NCBI GenBank assembly: GCA_964016885.1
Contig: OZ024740.1
Span: forward strand, 130,324,001-130,388,000
Direction: 5' to 3'
Origin: Eledone cirrhosa
Taxonomy: Eukaryota
DNA length: 64,000 nucleotides
A program made the translations under genes and the position numbers. Every line of letters begins with the position of its first letter. Position 1 is the first letter of the stretch. Below the pieces are notes generated by a model that saw only the letters and a program-made list of their open reading frames with translations, did not search any database and had not been told where the DNA came from. Below, in pieces: positions 29,851 through 43,335 of the stretch.

Positions 29851-32110
29851 GGTCGGGATATACCTGGTCGGGATATACCTCCTACATAAGCTTAGGGACG
29901 AGATACTGGCCCTACAAAGAGTTGTATATAGGGACGACGCCCAGTTTACCGTTAGGAACCATAGCCCCCGTAGGATAGGGAACCTTAAAAAACATATACA
30001 CAGGTTATTCAAGTCATACGGCATATCCGGAACTATGGACTACAACCAAAAGGTTGTCAACTTCCTGGACGTGGCCCTGGAGTTGAGTACGGGCTTATAC
30101 AAGCCATACCCTTAGCCTGGAGAGTGCCTCTCTTATATTAATTATGCTTCCAACCACCCTAAGGAGATTCTCAACTCCATAGTCTATAGTATATCACATA
30201 GAATCTCGAGGCTATCCGCCAATGAGGATATCTTCAACCAAGCGGCAGATTACTACAATAGGGCCTTGATAAGCGCCGGCTTAACCGAGGAATTTCCTAC
30301 CTCCCTAACGCTAGCTCTAGAACCCCACCACCCTCATGAAACGAACGTTATAGTAAGCCATACCTATAACCGATCACGCGGCGACCTCGTTGAACTCGGA
30401 TATAATAGAATAGATAATCGCACTAAAGATCACGAACGCGGCGACGGTGACCGCTGTAGTTTACTCGAACTATTCCCCTACTACAAAACCAACAAAGGCG
30501 ACAGCCTACTAACAACGACTTCCAACCAACATCTTCTTGTACATAAACATGGAAGAGGGAAGAAGGGTGCACCCGAGCATAAAGTGAATGGGGCACCTAA
30601 CGGTCTACAGCGCATTAACATACATAAGAACGGTCACCTAGATGGAACCACCGGTAGCAAAAGTACAAGGACACGCAATCGCCACCGTAACGTCGTATGG
30701 TCCCCCACCTACTCTCGGAGTATATCCTCCATCATACCCCGGATATTCTTCGAATCCCTAGAGAAGAACTTCCCGCCCAACCATAGGTATAGAAAGATTG
30801 TTAATATGAACAATATAAACATATCCTTCTCTACTACTCCTAACCTAGCAGACATCATAGGAACAACGAACCACAGTAAGATCACCAAAACACAGCACCT
30901 CGACACAGAGCAACCTAGACCTGACAATAACTATATCGGCCTTAATAACTCCCTAGTAACATCCAGTAGTGCTGGCAACGGCCTCCGCAGACGCAACCAG
31001 CATAACCGCGAAATGACTGGGGAACATGCATGACATGACGTGCGGAATAACAATCGCACCATCCCGCGTGCTGTGGGTTGTAATGGTGCTAACGACAGCT
31101 GCGAGAGCGTAGATAACAACGTAGGCAGCAACAATGATAGCCTTAACGTGGGAAATGGATGGAACCGCGACAGAAATTGCAACTGCCGCGACAGAGGACG
31201 CTGCCTCCTTAGAGGATACTGGTTGACTGATAGGGTTGTATGTAGATGCACTGTAACTAGCCACAATAGAGTTAAACATGATATAGGGGCTACCTCCGGC
31301 CGGTTTGAAAATTAGGTTTCGAACACATCTCCACTCTTTCACAAATAAAAAACTAAGACACTCCGCTTCGATCGCGGACTACATCACGTCAATAAAGGAC
31401 TTAAACATCAGCTTATCCACGCACTGGGACATTGTCGGCAGGGCTGCACCGTACAACTTCAAGAGGAAGTGCGATCTTTGCCTCATGGTTCTCTACCACA
31501 TCATAACTGCACCCCACGAGCTCATCAACAACAGAGCTCAAACAGCGATATTTTGTGTAACACCGATAAAAAATATCCTTATTCAGATGGGTTAATGATG
31601 AGGAGTGAAACCGTGCACCGGATCTCCCTGCAACAACTTTTAACACCCCGGCGAGCAGGCGCTGCAAAATAACACCCAGGAAACTAACCATGCATACCAG
31701 ACCCAGAATCAAACGACCCAGACAAACAGGTGCGGGTAAACAAACGTCTCAAAATAAGCGTTGGTTACATGACCCTGTGCGTATCGACAAATGTAAGTTG
31801 TAACCTCATCTTTTTAACGGATAAAAATTTATCCGGGAAAGACTGCCCTAACACCGGCCAGAGTTACCTCCCTTGACCTGCTCCCAAATCAAAACACGCT
31901 ATTTTTGCGAGCAATGAACCGTGACGTGAATTTAACCCCCAAAACTCTTTCCGAGCAATGTAAGGAACATTTTTGGTTATTTATGCCCTTGAGAAGCTCA
32001 ACTGGGCGAAACGTACGTAGGTGCTGTTTTAAATAAACATGTTTTAACGGTCTATTCTCCGATTTCTTACTTTTCCACGAATACTTCCAGACTTCGAATA
32101 TTTAATACTG
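29851..32110 (+). mobile_element. Naiad-type PLE, 5'-truncated at RT (YRDD), with GIY-YIG and pLTR
   Basis: YRDD at ~29927, VNFLDV, SNHPKEI, CNCRDRGRCLLRGY..VVCRC..DIGAT and KCDLC. HHR variant at 31985-32024. Confidence 0.88.
31985..32024 (+). ncRNA. Type I hammerhead with U3:A8 core (UUGAGAA)
   Basis: GCCC-UUGAGAA-GCUCA-AC-UGGGC-GAAA-C-GUAC-GUA/GG(U)GC, with a palindromic loop 3. Confidence 0.6.
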
Positions 32111-32542
32111 CCGGCACTAGTATCGAGCACCTTTGGCATACGCTACTTGGCAAATAAGCATATGTAACACCTATCCTCCCCTTTTTTCCTTTCTCTCGAT
32201 ACGTAAATACTGTATATATATACATATAAATGAAAATAGAGAAATTAATGTGAGCAAATGCCAACAGTAATTCATAATATATAAGTGACTATTACGTCAA
32301 GATGGAAAATATTTAACACAAGATATGGGAAAATAATTCAATCTCAATTAAAAAAAAAGTCAAGACAGAAATTTTATCCACAGATTTTGTGTAATCCGGG
32401 GAAAAAAACAAACGGAGTCTTAACTCAGAATAAAATCCTTCAATTTGGAAAAATCTACAAATGCTCTATATATTCTTAAAAAGACTATTTCACGAAATTT
32501 TTCAGTGAGGTTAGTCACGGTTGGAGTCGTTCATCAGTGTAC

Positions 32543-32619
<77 letters not shown>

Positions 32620-32671
32620 CATATATACATATATATATACACGGGTGTGTATGATTGTGTATAGAAGATTA

Positions 32672-33954
32672 TATTAATAAAAGGAATTCCAACTTTGTCT
32701 GATTTACTCGTTTTATTTAAAATTCTTTAACATTTATAATGGTATTAGAATGAAATAGTATGGTAAAATATTAAATGTTAAATGTTAATTGTACAAGTAC
32801 TTTCATGCTTTCGCAATCTTCAGCTTCATAATGTGTGGTGACAGTCAAGTTTGCAATTTTCAACTATAATGACATGGGTAAATGTTGTGCCTTATATACA
32901 GTGAAAAGTGGCTTCAGAATGCTATATCCTGCAAATTGTATTTCGACCAATCGGTGTGTAGTTTCACTGAATTACTAAAGCTGATTGGTTTAGGCGTCAC
33001 GGTTGAGCATGTCTAACGACTACTAATTGATCCTATCCAAAGCATCAATTATTTTGCTATTTTTAGAAATGATGAAAATAGCATTTTCTAGTAATCATCA
33101 CCATCAACATCACATTTATTATTATTATTATTGTTGTTGTTGTTAGTGGTCGTAATCGACATGGTCGTAGTCATAGTCATAGTAGGAGTAATACCCCATT
33201 ATTATTGTTCATTTAGCTTGGGTTTGAATTTATCAATAACATTCTTTTCTTTGATTTTTCTCTTGATTTCACTTGGGGTGTGTAATTTGTAGAATGGGAA
33301 TATTATAAATATTCCCTGACCACATGTTGCTACATGGTTACTTAGGGGTATCTGACGGACATTTGAGTCTCTGATTTGCTGTCGGTGTACCCGTGCACGT
33401 TCCGATAGTGCACTTCCAGTTTGACCGACATATAGTTCTTCACAATTCGGGCATTTAATGCAGTAAATTAGATTTGTGCTTTTGCAGTTCATATTTGTAT
33501 TTGGGAATATTTTTCCAGTTTTTGTTTTCATATATTGAGCGTTGTGTATGCATTGACATGTGCCAAATCGACTATCATTGCATTTAGATACAGTGAATGA
33601 TTGGTCTTTGTTGTTAATGTCAAACTTTGCTTTTGTTAGTAAATGCTTCAAATTTTTTGGCTGTCTTTTACTAAGTCAAAGATCGATCTGTGATTAAGCC
33701 TTTTAATTCATTACTTTGAGCCACTTTTTACTGTATATAAGGCACACAATTTACTCATCTCATTACAGTTGAAAATTGCAAACTTGACTATCACCACAGA
33801 ATCTGAACCTGAAGACTGCGAAAGCATGAACGTTCTTGTTCAATTAACACTTACCATTTAATATTCTACCATACTATTTCATTCTAATACCTTTATAAAT
33901 TTTAAAGGATTGTAAATAAAACGAGTAAATCAGACAAAGTTGGGATTCCTTTTA

Positions 33955-33960
<6 letters not shown>
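32672..33960 (-). mobile_element. Truncated PLE (Neptune-like GIY-YIG) with inverted pLTRs (32672-32910 / 33715-33960)
   Basis: ORF 33202..33651: CKSTNLIYCIKCPNCEELYVGQTG..ERARVHRQQI. Arms are reverse complements and each carries a mutated HHR (32790-32828, 33804-33842). Confidence 0.85.
33202..33651 (-). pseudogene. GIY-YIG endonuclease domain of a PLE (open but 5'-truncated)
   Basis: LIYCIKC..C...YVGQTG motif with conserved R, E and N residues. Confidence 0.85.
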
Positions 33961-33989
<29 letters not shown>

Positions 33990-34296
33990 GACGCGATGAA
34001 TTTATTTTGCGAGGTTTTTGATGTGGAATATTGTTATACTTGGGGAGGTTCATATTGTTGTAATAATATTGCCGGAAAAAATAACTGAAAGCACTCACTG
34101 TTTGGCTGTGATTTCGATTCTGTGTCTTTTATATCTCCACAGTTAATTCATTCGGTCCTGAATGTTTACCATTGACTGACCAACGGTCAAAAATGCAGAT
34201 ATATACACATATATTTAGTCTAACAATGTTATTTCGTTGCACAACTGCATATGTATATGTATGTATGCATATATATATATATGTATATATATATAT

Positions 34297-34900
34297 GTCA
34301 TTTCACCAGTTGATGCTACTGGTAACATGTATCCCAGTACAACCTGTCTCATGGTCGGGTCGTTGGCGACTAAACTGGCAACCCCACCAAGGTTTCTTGG
34401 TGAGGAGGGTGACTTTGGACATCCTGCAGGACTCAAAACAAAACCTGTCAAAGGGCAAAGGAGCTCTTAAGAGTCAATGGACATCCAATATCACCGGGAG
34501 AGATGAGCCCTTAGCTTTTGTCAAGGCAGAATTTTAAGAGATGGAAAACTCTGATATAACACCTGCAACCCTGATGGTATCCAATGATGTTGACTTGTTC
34601 TTCTTTTTGGTAAATATCATCTTGGTTAAGTGAGTGGGACTGGCTTTGTGCAGTGCCTTTGCTCACTATAAAAGCTTCACGGCAAAGAGATTGCTTTATA
34701 TCTGGAGATCTCTCTGCACTTGTTGTCACATGGTACCGTGTGCACTATGTGTCAATAATTGTCACAAGTGTAGTGTTTGTACCAGAGTTTTCAAGTCGCT
34801 GGCTGGACTAAAAAGTCACACTCGTTCAGTGCATCGGTCGGGCTTCTCCTACATGGATATAAAGTAGTGTCTGTACCCGAAAACGAGTTGGCAGCCACCA
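34297..34900 (+). mobile_element. Longest copy (~600 bp) of RTE-derived non-autonomous element
   Basis: 3' part encodes the RTE-type C2H2 finger CSVCTRVFKSLAGLKSHTRSVH. The 5' part is UTR-like and no RT is present. (TA)n lies on both sides. Confidence 0.75.
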
Positions 34901-34921
34901 TATATATATATATATCTATCT

Positions 34922-34984
<63 letters not shown>

Positions 34985-34999
34985 TATACATACATACAT

Positions 35000-36480
35000 A
35001 TAGGCGTGGGTGCATTTATGTATATTCGTTCGCACTTTTGAATGCATATTTGTTTTTTCGGTTGTGTTCGTGCGAAGCATGTTTTCGTGAAAGTAGATAA
35101 CTAGGTTAACAAGAGGTTTGCATTGTTTTAATGATTTGGTGGATTGTTGTTGGTGGTGGTGGTGGGTGATTTTGTAATTGGAATCTCACCTCCACTGTTA
35201 TTTCTTTACCGGTCTCGCCTCACTCATCCATTCCTCCGTTTCTGTTGACGTTCATAGTCTTAATAGTTTTCTATTTTGATTTACCAACACTTTTGTAATA
35301 TCGGTTTTGTTTAAAAGTATTCGTTTTGATCAAATAATCTTTGGCATTTTCTGTACCGAATGATTTTCTGTAATTATCCTGCTTATCTTGTTTCACGCGA
35401 TAATCTATTTGATGGTAATTCTTTTGTTCCTTTGGTTATGATGTATGTGAATATTATTATTAATCGGTACATTTCTTAGAAGTATAGGTTTTGATTATCT
35501 CTGTTATTAAGCATCTATCCATCTCTTCAGACATTCAGTACATACATGAATGTACTTGGTAGATCAAGAAGGCATATTTTCTATAAATGTGCAGGTTTCT
35601 TTCAAACACAATATTTAGTAATCTTATTAAAATATGGATTACCCATACACCTATTCGCTCTTACATTTTTTCTGTTCCATTTTTAGGTCGTGCAAAGGAT
35701 ATAACTTTTCATTTTCGTTGTCTTTCACACAGGTGCTGGATATGAAAACTACAGCCGCTTCAATTTTAGGTTGTTTGCTGATTTCTATTTTAATTTATCA
35801 TTTTATTCCTCTCATTTACATTCTCAGAATTGTAGCTTTGGCATTTTGTATTTGTTGATGAGAAATGTAGAAGATTCTTTGGTTTTCTGTTCTTCTTTGA
35901 TTTGTTGCAATAGGAGCCATATATATATGGAACTTTCTATGATTGTTTTCGATTTATGTATGTTTCTTATTTTATGTTTTATTGTTTCCTTATTATGAGG
36001 CTTACCTTTTTAATATGGTGTCATTCGTGTTGTTTTTATTTATATAGTAATTTTGTTTTGAACTTTTTTATATTTGTTCAGGAATATATATCGTTTCTGA
36101 TACGGCAATTATATAGCAAGTTACGTGTGTGTAATATAATAGAGTTTAAGTTATCTTGACTTGACAAATCATGTAGTTGGTCTAAGTTTGGTAATGTTGA
36201 GCAGCTCACTGATTCAGATACGGTCGCTGAGCCGCTTGCCAGTCATAAGTCTCATAATGTGGTTATATAATGTTGAGAGCTTCTGAAGTGACCTTGTCGT
36301 CCAGTCAAGACCATATAACACACTGGCCATATAAATAATCAACTCGTGGTGTGAGTAGGTTATGCCTGGAATGAAGTTTATCTAGTAAGAGAAGCAGAGG
36401 CCGGCAGCTAAAAAAGATGGCTTGACAAGGTCAACTAGCGCACTGGACTTGATCTTTACTCTTTGAACTCTGCTGCTGGT
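35000..36480 (-). mobile_element. Probable heavily degraded LINE 5' region
   Basis: Strong A-rich minus-strand bias with Cys-containing remnants (HVCTECLKRW); no diagnostic motif recognised. Confidence 0.25.
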
Positions 36481-37347
36481 GATTGATATTTGTGAATGTT
36501 AATGCGCAGTCTACAACTGGCGGAGTTTAGCGTCAAAAGAAGAATATAATAAATTACAATCAATAGATATGAAATTAGATCTGATAGGTGTGAAAAGGAA
36601 ATACATTTAATATACAAATAATTTATTCCATATCAAGAAGGTCATTTGTTAAGTATTGGTTAAAGGCTTACGGCAGTCAAATATTGCTCCAGAAATCAGT
36701 AAATACCTGCGTTTATTTTGAATAATATTATCTGCTTCGTCGCTATTGCATGTATTTATATGTTCTAATAAATACCGAGATATATAATTACATAGTGACT
36801 TAGGTTAACGTGCCATTTTCGTCCTAGATATAATGATAATAAATATTAACTTTTCCTCCACTAATTAAAATAGTATTTCAACCATTGGGTCTCTCGAATA
36901 ATGAGGTAATATTTTCTGTGTATTGAACAGTCATTTACCGATAATGTATTTTAGATACATGCATGCTAAAACACGTGAAATGTCATCTGGCGTGTTGCAG
37001 AAATTATACATTAATACATCCGTATCTACATCTACACACGACTATATGTATGGGTTTGCTGTTTCGAAGAAGAACAAAAGGTTATACCGCATGTTGTGAT
37101 GCACGCGGCTCAGTAAATAGGGCGATCAACTCCTGATGGCAATTTCGTGACTACGATACCCATTGGCTAGTTATATTCTCGAGGAAGATATTTGAACGTG
37201 GATCCAGTCAATCCAACTGGGAAACGATGCGTCGTGTCACGCTGAATATTTCTGGAAATCATTGCAGGTTTACAGGTTTTTGTACAATTCTCGGACACAT
37301 GAGCGTAACTTTCACTATATATTGTGTAAGATAGATAGATAGACAGC

Positions 37348-37411
<64 letters not shown>

Positions 37412-37520
37412 ATAGATAGATATATAGTTAGATAGAGAGAGAGGGCGGTAGAGATAGATATAGAGATAGAGAGGGAGAGATAGATATATAGAGAGAGGGA
37501 TAGATAGATATAGAGAGAGG

Positions 37521-37583
<63 letters not shown>

Positions 37584-38494
37584 CGACAGATAAGTAGATA
37601 GAAAGGTATTTCGATAGATTAGGTAGATAGATAAGTATTTCGACAGATTTAGATAAAAAATAAACCCTCCTGTGCATAACTCCACGTAGCACATAATATA
37701 ATAAGAGAGAATGTGTTAATGTTATTTTAAAATACCACCTGTACTATTTCTTAAATCAAATGGAAATATAAATCTCAGTTGGAAACGAACATCAAACAAT
37801 AATAATCAATGAATCATATGCACCACAGGAGAACAATTTTTTTAAGGAAGCTTCAAAATGAGTAGTTTCTATAAACATTGTGTTAATTTTATTTACGATA
37901 AGGTAATGTTGAGCCTTCTTTGGTGGATTGATTTCTATGACATGAATATTGTCGACTGTTGCGGTTGTACAGCAAATTCAAAACTCATGAGGTTATATTA
38001 CATAGCATTAAAACAGGTCATTTAAAGCAGCTTTATTGGCAGTGCCGAATTTGAAAAAGTCCATTTTGGAATTGTATATGATTCGAAAAGAGAAATAAGA
38101 CACTGTTATATGAGATATTCGAGTGTGTGTTATATTTATAGATTCAAATTAGATTAGACCTTGTTTAGGATGGAATGAATGCTGTCAATTCTACAAATTC
38201 TTACAGCTAGAATTACAGTAGGAATTATCTCATTGATATGTCATTTCAATGACGTGTAAATGAATGCTTCTTGATAGATCATTCTGTGAGGGAATGGTAG
38301 GCATATTTATTACATCCAATTAATCTACTGAATGTAGTTCTGCCCGTTGGGTCCCACGAGGTTAAGCCAAATATCTGATATTGGGAGCCATATTTAGGAG
38401 TCTGGACTAGATGCACACTGTTGTGTTCATAATGTTGGTTGATTTCCTCAGAATCCTACCTTGAGATACATCATTATTAGGCGATTAATTATTA

Positions 38495-38680
38495 GGCGGT
38501 GGATTGGGAGTATCGGTAGAGGATCGGACGCCATGCTTTGACGCATTGAGTTACGGCCCTTGTCATTCTGAATTCAAATCCCGCCGAGGTTAACTTTGCC
38601 TTTCACCCTTACGGGGTCGATAAAATAAAGTACCAGTAATGCACTGTGCAATTGCTGGCCTTGTGCCTAACGTAGAAGCA
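38495..38680 (+). mobile_element. tRNA-derived SINE with Deu/Nin-like domain; TSD attattaggcgatt
   Basis: Contains gaattcaaatcccgccgagg…gcctttcacccttacggggtcgataaaataaagtaccag. TSD at 38473-38486 / 38681-38694. Confidence 0.85.
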
Positions 38681-40629
38681 ATTATTAGGCGATTTTACAT
38701 GACCAAATTCATATCTCAACAGGAGCGTGTCGGCTTAAGGTTGGCGTGACTATGTTTGGATTACACCTTTATCGTTAGAGATGAATAAATAATTATTACC
38801 AAACGCCACACAGTGCAAACCTATTGCTTTCACTAAAACACTTGATTGTTGTCTGCAACGGAGATGAATGTAAGACAAACAAATACAGAAATGTGCTTTA
38901 CCAATTCATTTTCGTGCGGTTGCAGATAAAGCATCCGGTAATTTCCATTGACGGACTCCTAATTAATACGAAATATGAAGAGAAATGCATCTCGCCCGTT
39001 GAAGCAGAGGCGTGTGGAAATTTGGTTGATGTAGAGGGTGATACTGAGAATTTACTACGGCAATGCATACGGCATTATTCGCGGCAAACGCAGCTGAAAC
39101 ATTTCCCCCTGCTTTTTCCTTTCGTGATTATTACATTTTTATTTCTCCCTCTCTGACATCGTTTTCGAATTTGTTTTCTTTTCCTGTATATTATTTTAAT
39201 CTATTTTTTTAAAAGTATTTCATCTACGCATACTCATTCACATTATCCTGGGTTCAATTCAGTTTTGTTGCAAGTATCCATAACGTGTTAACGTTCGGTT
39301 AACTAATAACACGAAATAATGATGCATTCCTTTCAATTGCAACAACCAATGAATTGTGATACCTTTCAGAATTTGTAAAACACATTTGAGGCGTTACACA
39401 AAATATTAGAAGAATTTTAACGAAAATATCAATAATTTTCCATTTAGTATTCACTAACATAAAATTATTTTTCGTATGCAATCATAGTGGATGATTTTAA
39501 TCACAATATTAAAAGAAAAAATGTGAATAGATAAAACCATTTAGTTTGCTTGCGTGCAATTTTATTATGTAGTACTAAAATGATATCATTTGCCTCCGAG
39601 TCAAGATTTGCCGCACAGTTGAATCTGATGTATCTAATCATCTAACGTGATATACGTAAGATATACACTTCCTTTGAATATCTTCGAACGTTCTAGTATA
39701 TGTTACATATTGCTATAAAGATCGATATTATACACGGTGAAACAAACAATGATGTATCTCCACGTTCAATGATGTATCTTTCAGGTTCAGTTACACATAT
39801 CAAGTACAGGCACACGCACTCACGCAGACCAGCCCCCGCCCCCCACTCACACACAAATAACAATGCACATATATCGGTATAAACTTGCATATTTAAATAT
39901 ACACTTGCATATTTAACTTATAACAATATAAACTTGCATATTTAAATAAATAATGTTAATATATCGCAGAAAAAAAAAGAAGGTGATACGGGCATGTAGA
40001 TGCCGTTATACTGGTAATGATTTGAGACGTATTATAAATCACATATTCGATCTGCATGAAAAACGAAACTAAAATAATTTTTTTTGTATTTGGCATTTAA
40101 AAACCATACCATCAATATCAACGTATGGTTTATTACAAATTATATACGGAGAAATAAATATAATTAATCAGTGATACATATGTATCGACTGAACACTTTT
40201 AACACATAACTGATTACTAACTGTCTTTCGGTAATGAGAACTGCACTTGAGCAGACAGTACTTTACAAATTTCAAACATTGATAATTGTTTGTACTAATT
40301 GAGAAACCAGTTTTATTAATTGTTCGCATAATCTAGCTTTTTTCAGCTTCACATTTTTTTAATTATTGGATAAGAACATGTAGCTTTATATATTTACCTC
40401 TAAGAAGAAGAATACTAAAGTGTATACTTAGCGCATAGATTTGAACTGTATATATTCAATGAATAGCTAATCTTGAAAGGAAAGAATTACAACCCTTCCA
40501 CAACATCTACAGTCGATTGACAAGAACCCAGATCTCATTCGCTTAACGAGTGGGTTGAAACTCGTCAACTTGGACAGAAACAATGTTTCCGTTGGTCTTT
40601 CCAATTGCTAATACTATCTGTCGATCGCA

Positions 40630-40760
40630 GGTCAAGGTAGAAGGTGAAATGTGAAATAAAGTGTCTTTCTCAAGCACATAACACATAACACGGTCCATGA
40701 ATCGAACTCACAACCTCACGATGGCAAATCCAATTCTCTAACCACTCAGCCACGTGCTTT
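40630..40760 (-). mobile_element. tRNA-derived SINE head (second family)
   Basis: Minus strand: A box gtggctgagtggttag, B box gagttcgattc, then gtgcttgagaaagacacttt. Confidence 0.7.
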
Positions 40761-40888
40761 CCCAATATTATATCGCGAATAGAATATATGCCTGTCTTTA
40801 TTTATATTACCTTTAGATTTTAATAGTTCATTATAATATCTGCAATACTGAACAGAGTGTGAGTATTCCTTTTACATTATTACTGAAA

Positions 40889-41075
40889 GGTGGTTGATTA
40901 GCAGTAGTGGTAGAGTATCAGACACCATGCTTTGCAACATAGAATTATGTACATTTACGTTCTGAGTTCCAATCGCACTGGTGTTAAATGTGCCTTTCAT
41001 CCTTACGGGGTCGATAACATTATGCACCAGTAATGCACTGGAATAATTGCTGGCCTTGTGACAAAAGTAGAAACA
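40889..41075 (+). mobile_element. Deu/Nin-like SINE; TSD attattacWgaaa
   Basis: Matches the 54343 copy. TSD at 40876-40888 / 41076-41088. Confidence 0.8.
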
Positions 41076-41444
41076 ATTATTACAGAAATTCGACAACTAT
41101 GCTTTTTGCCCTGTGCATATAGTATACATAACTTATTTTTCTTCATTCAAATTGAATTTGACTAATTTACTGATCTAACGTGGAAGAAGTAATTACGATG
41201 TTCCACAATTCGAATTTCCCCGAAAGAGTTAATGTAAGGTAATTATAACTATCATATAGGATAGTTATTAATTCCAGTGAATCAAACAATAGCCATCGAT
41301 ATTTCAGTTATTTGATTCTAATTAAATATATATCTGCTTTCAGTTTCAGTTATCACCCACAAGAACGGACACACGCACATAAACTTACATAACAAACAAT
41401 ATATATATATATATATATAGCGAGAAAGAGAAAGAGAGATAGTG

Positions 41445-41720
<276 letters not shown>

Positions 41721-41966
41721 TGGAGTTGCGTCAGATATATAGTATTAGCAATTGGAAAGACCGATGAAAACATTGTTTTCTCGGTCCGATTTGACGAAAT
41801 ACATATATATATATATATATGTTTATATATGTATGTATATGTATATATATAAATATATATATGTATATATATGTATGTGTATATACATATATGTATATAC
41901 ATGTATGGTATGGACTGCATGGCTAAATAATAGCCGCAGTTCAGTTAGATTCTATTTTAATATAAT

Positions 41967-42082
41967 TGTCTTTACTTTTGGCACAAAGCCAGCAATTACC
42001 CAGTACATTACTGGTACTTTATTTTATCGACCCCGTAAGGATGAAAGGCAAAATTGACCTCGGCAGGATTTGAACTCAGAAT
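41967..42082 (-). mobile_element. Deu/Nin-like SINE, 5'-truncated
   Basis: Reverse-complement match to the 3' two-thirds of the family. Confidence 0.8.
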
Positions 42083-42587
42083 GGAATTTATTTTAATAAT
42101 TGTTTTAATATAATCTAATGTTATCTTTCTTTGTAATGTAACCAAGATTATAATTTGACCCTTTTCTACCCCCTCTGTCAAAAGGTATAACGCCCATGGA
42201 GTAATATGGAATATGTAACGTAATGCTAATGTGAATATATTAGCTGTTTTGAGGGGCCTCGACGAAGTTACGGCCTTCCAGCTCGGAACATGTAGCCACT
42301 TGAGTAAAAAGCATTTCAGAATGTATTGGCCGTAACCTAAAGGGCTTGGTAATTGAATTGATAGTTAATCAATGTCCCTTCCATTCATTATTGAATATGT
42401 TCTTTCGTATACACCCCAGTTACTTTCGACCTCACTTTAACACAATGTATTGCGGGACAGGTTGAGACCGACCATACAAGCTTAGGCCTAAAAACCAAAC
42501 GCAGATATGCACTATATATTTCGAAATCTAAACCTTCCGAAATACATTGAAATTAACTACCTTCATTTAACTACCACATTAGTCCCC

Positions 42588-42763
42588 GGCAGTATCGGTA
42601 GAGGTTCTGACGCCATGCTTTTCAGCATAGAGTTACGACGCTTTACGGTCTAAGTTCAAATACCACCGAGGTTCACTTGCCTTTCATACTTACTGGGTCG
42701 ATAGAATAAAATATCAGTAATACACTAGGGTAATTGCTGGACTTTTGTCAAAAGTCGAAACAA
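42588..42763 (+). mobile_element. Deu/Nin-like SINE
   Basis: Runs from ggcagtatcggtagagg to gtcgaaaca, followed by attat. Confidence 0.8.
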
Positions 42764-43116
42764 TTATAATTATAGTATTAATATTACTTAACTAATATTT
42801 TACTGATCCCTCTTCTAATCTGGCAAGACGATATACTCATAGATTTATACATAGGTTCATACATATGAACCCCTTTAACTAGTCACCACTGAGTGACTTG
42901 TCCGATAGGCAAAAAACTGACTTGAATCTTCTGTTACGCATCTTCCTTTCCCTCGTATAACTATCAGCACTTGGTGACCGTTTGTAGCCAATAAAACACT
43001 CATATTGCGGGATGTATCCAGACAAATATTCGTTTTTCACTTTTCAACGTTTCAACTTGCTATTCTCTTTTCCCTAATTTCAACGATGTGTATGGGTTCT
43101 ACGTAACCCTGTTTTG

Positions 43117-43215
43117 TAATTTTGTTGAAGTTGCCTGATGAGACTATCCTGTCTTTCATTATAAATGGAAGATGGGGTGGAACATCGAAATAGGTATAGA
43201 GATTTCACGGAATTA
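43117..43215 (+). ncRNA. Type I hammerhead ribozyme with long stems I and II (family C)
   Basis: CUGAUGA at 43135-41; stem II = GA/UC plus a 16-bp hairpin; GAAA at 43187-90; U-AGGU-A-UA with cleavage after 43198; ~16-bp stem I. Confidence 0.75.
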
Positions 43216-43304
43216 AAAGTCACACCATATCTTCCAGTACGGCATTGTGTTGTCGTTTTAAATAAATGGATGAATAAATAATAAATACACACGCACACAC
43301 ACAC

Positions 43305-43335
<31 letters not shown>

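Noticed and set aside
34634-34867. Host C2H2 zinc-finger gene
   Set aside because: A single finger inside a repeat present five times; it matches an RTE C-terminus.
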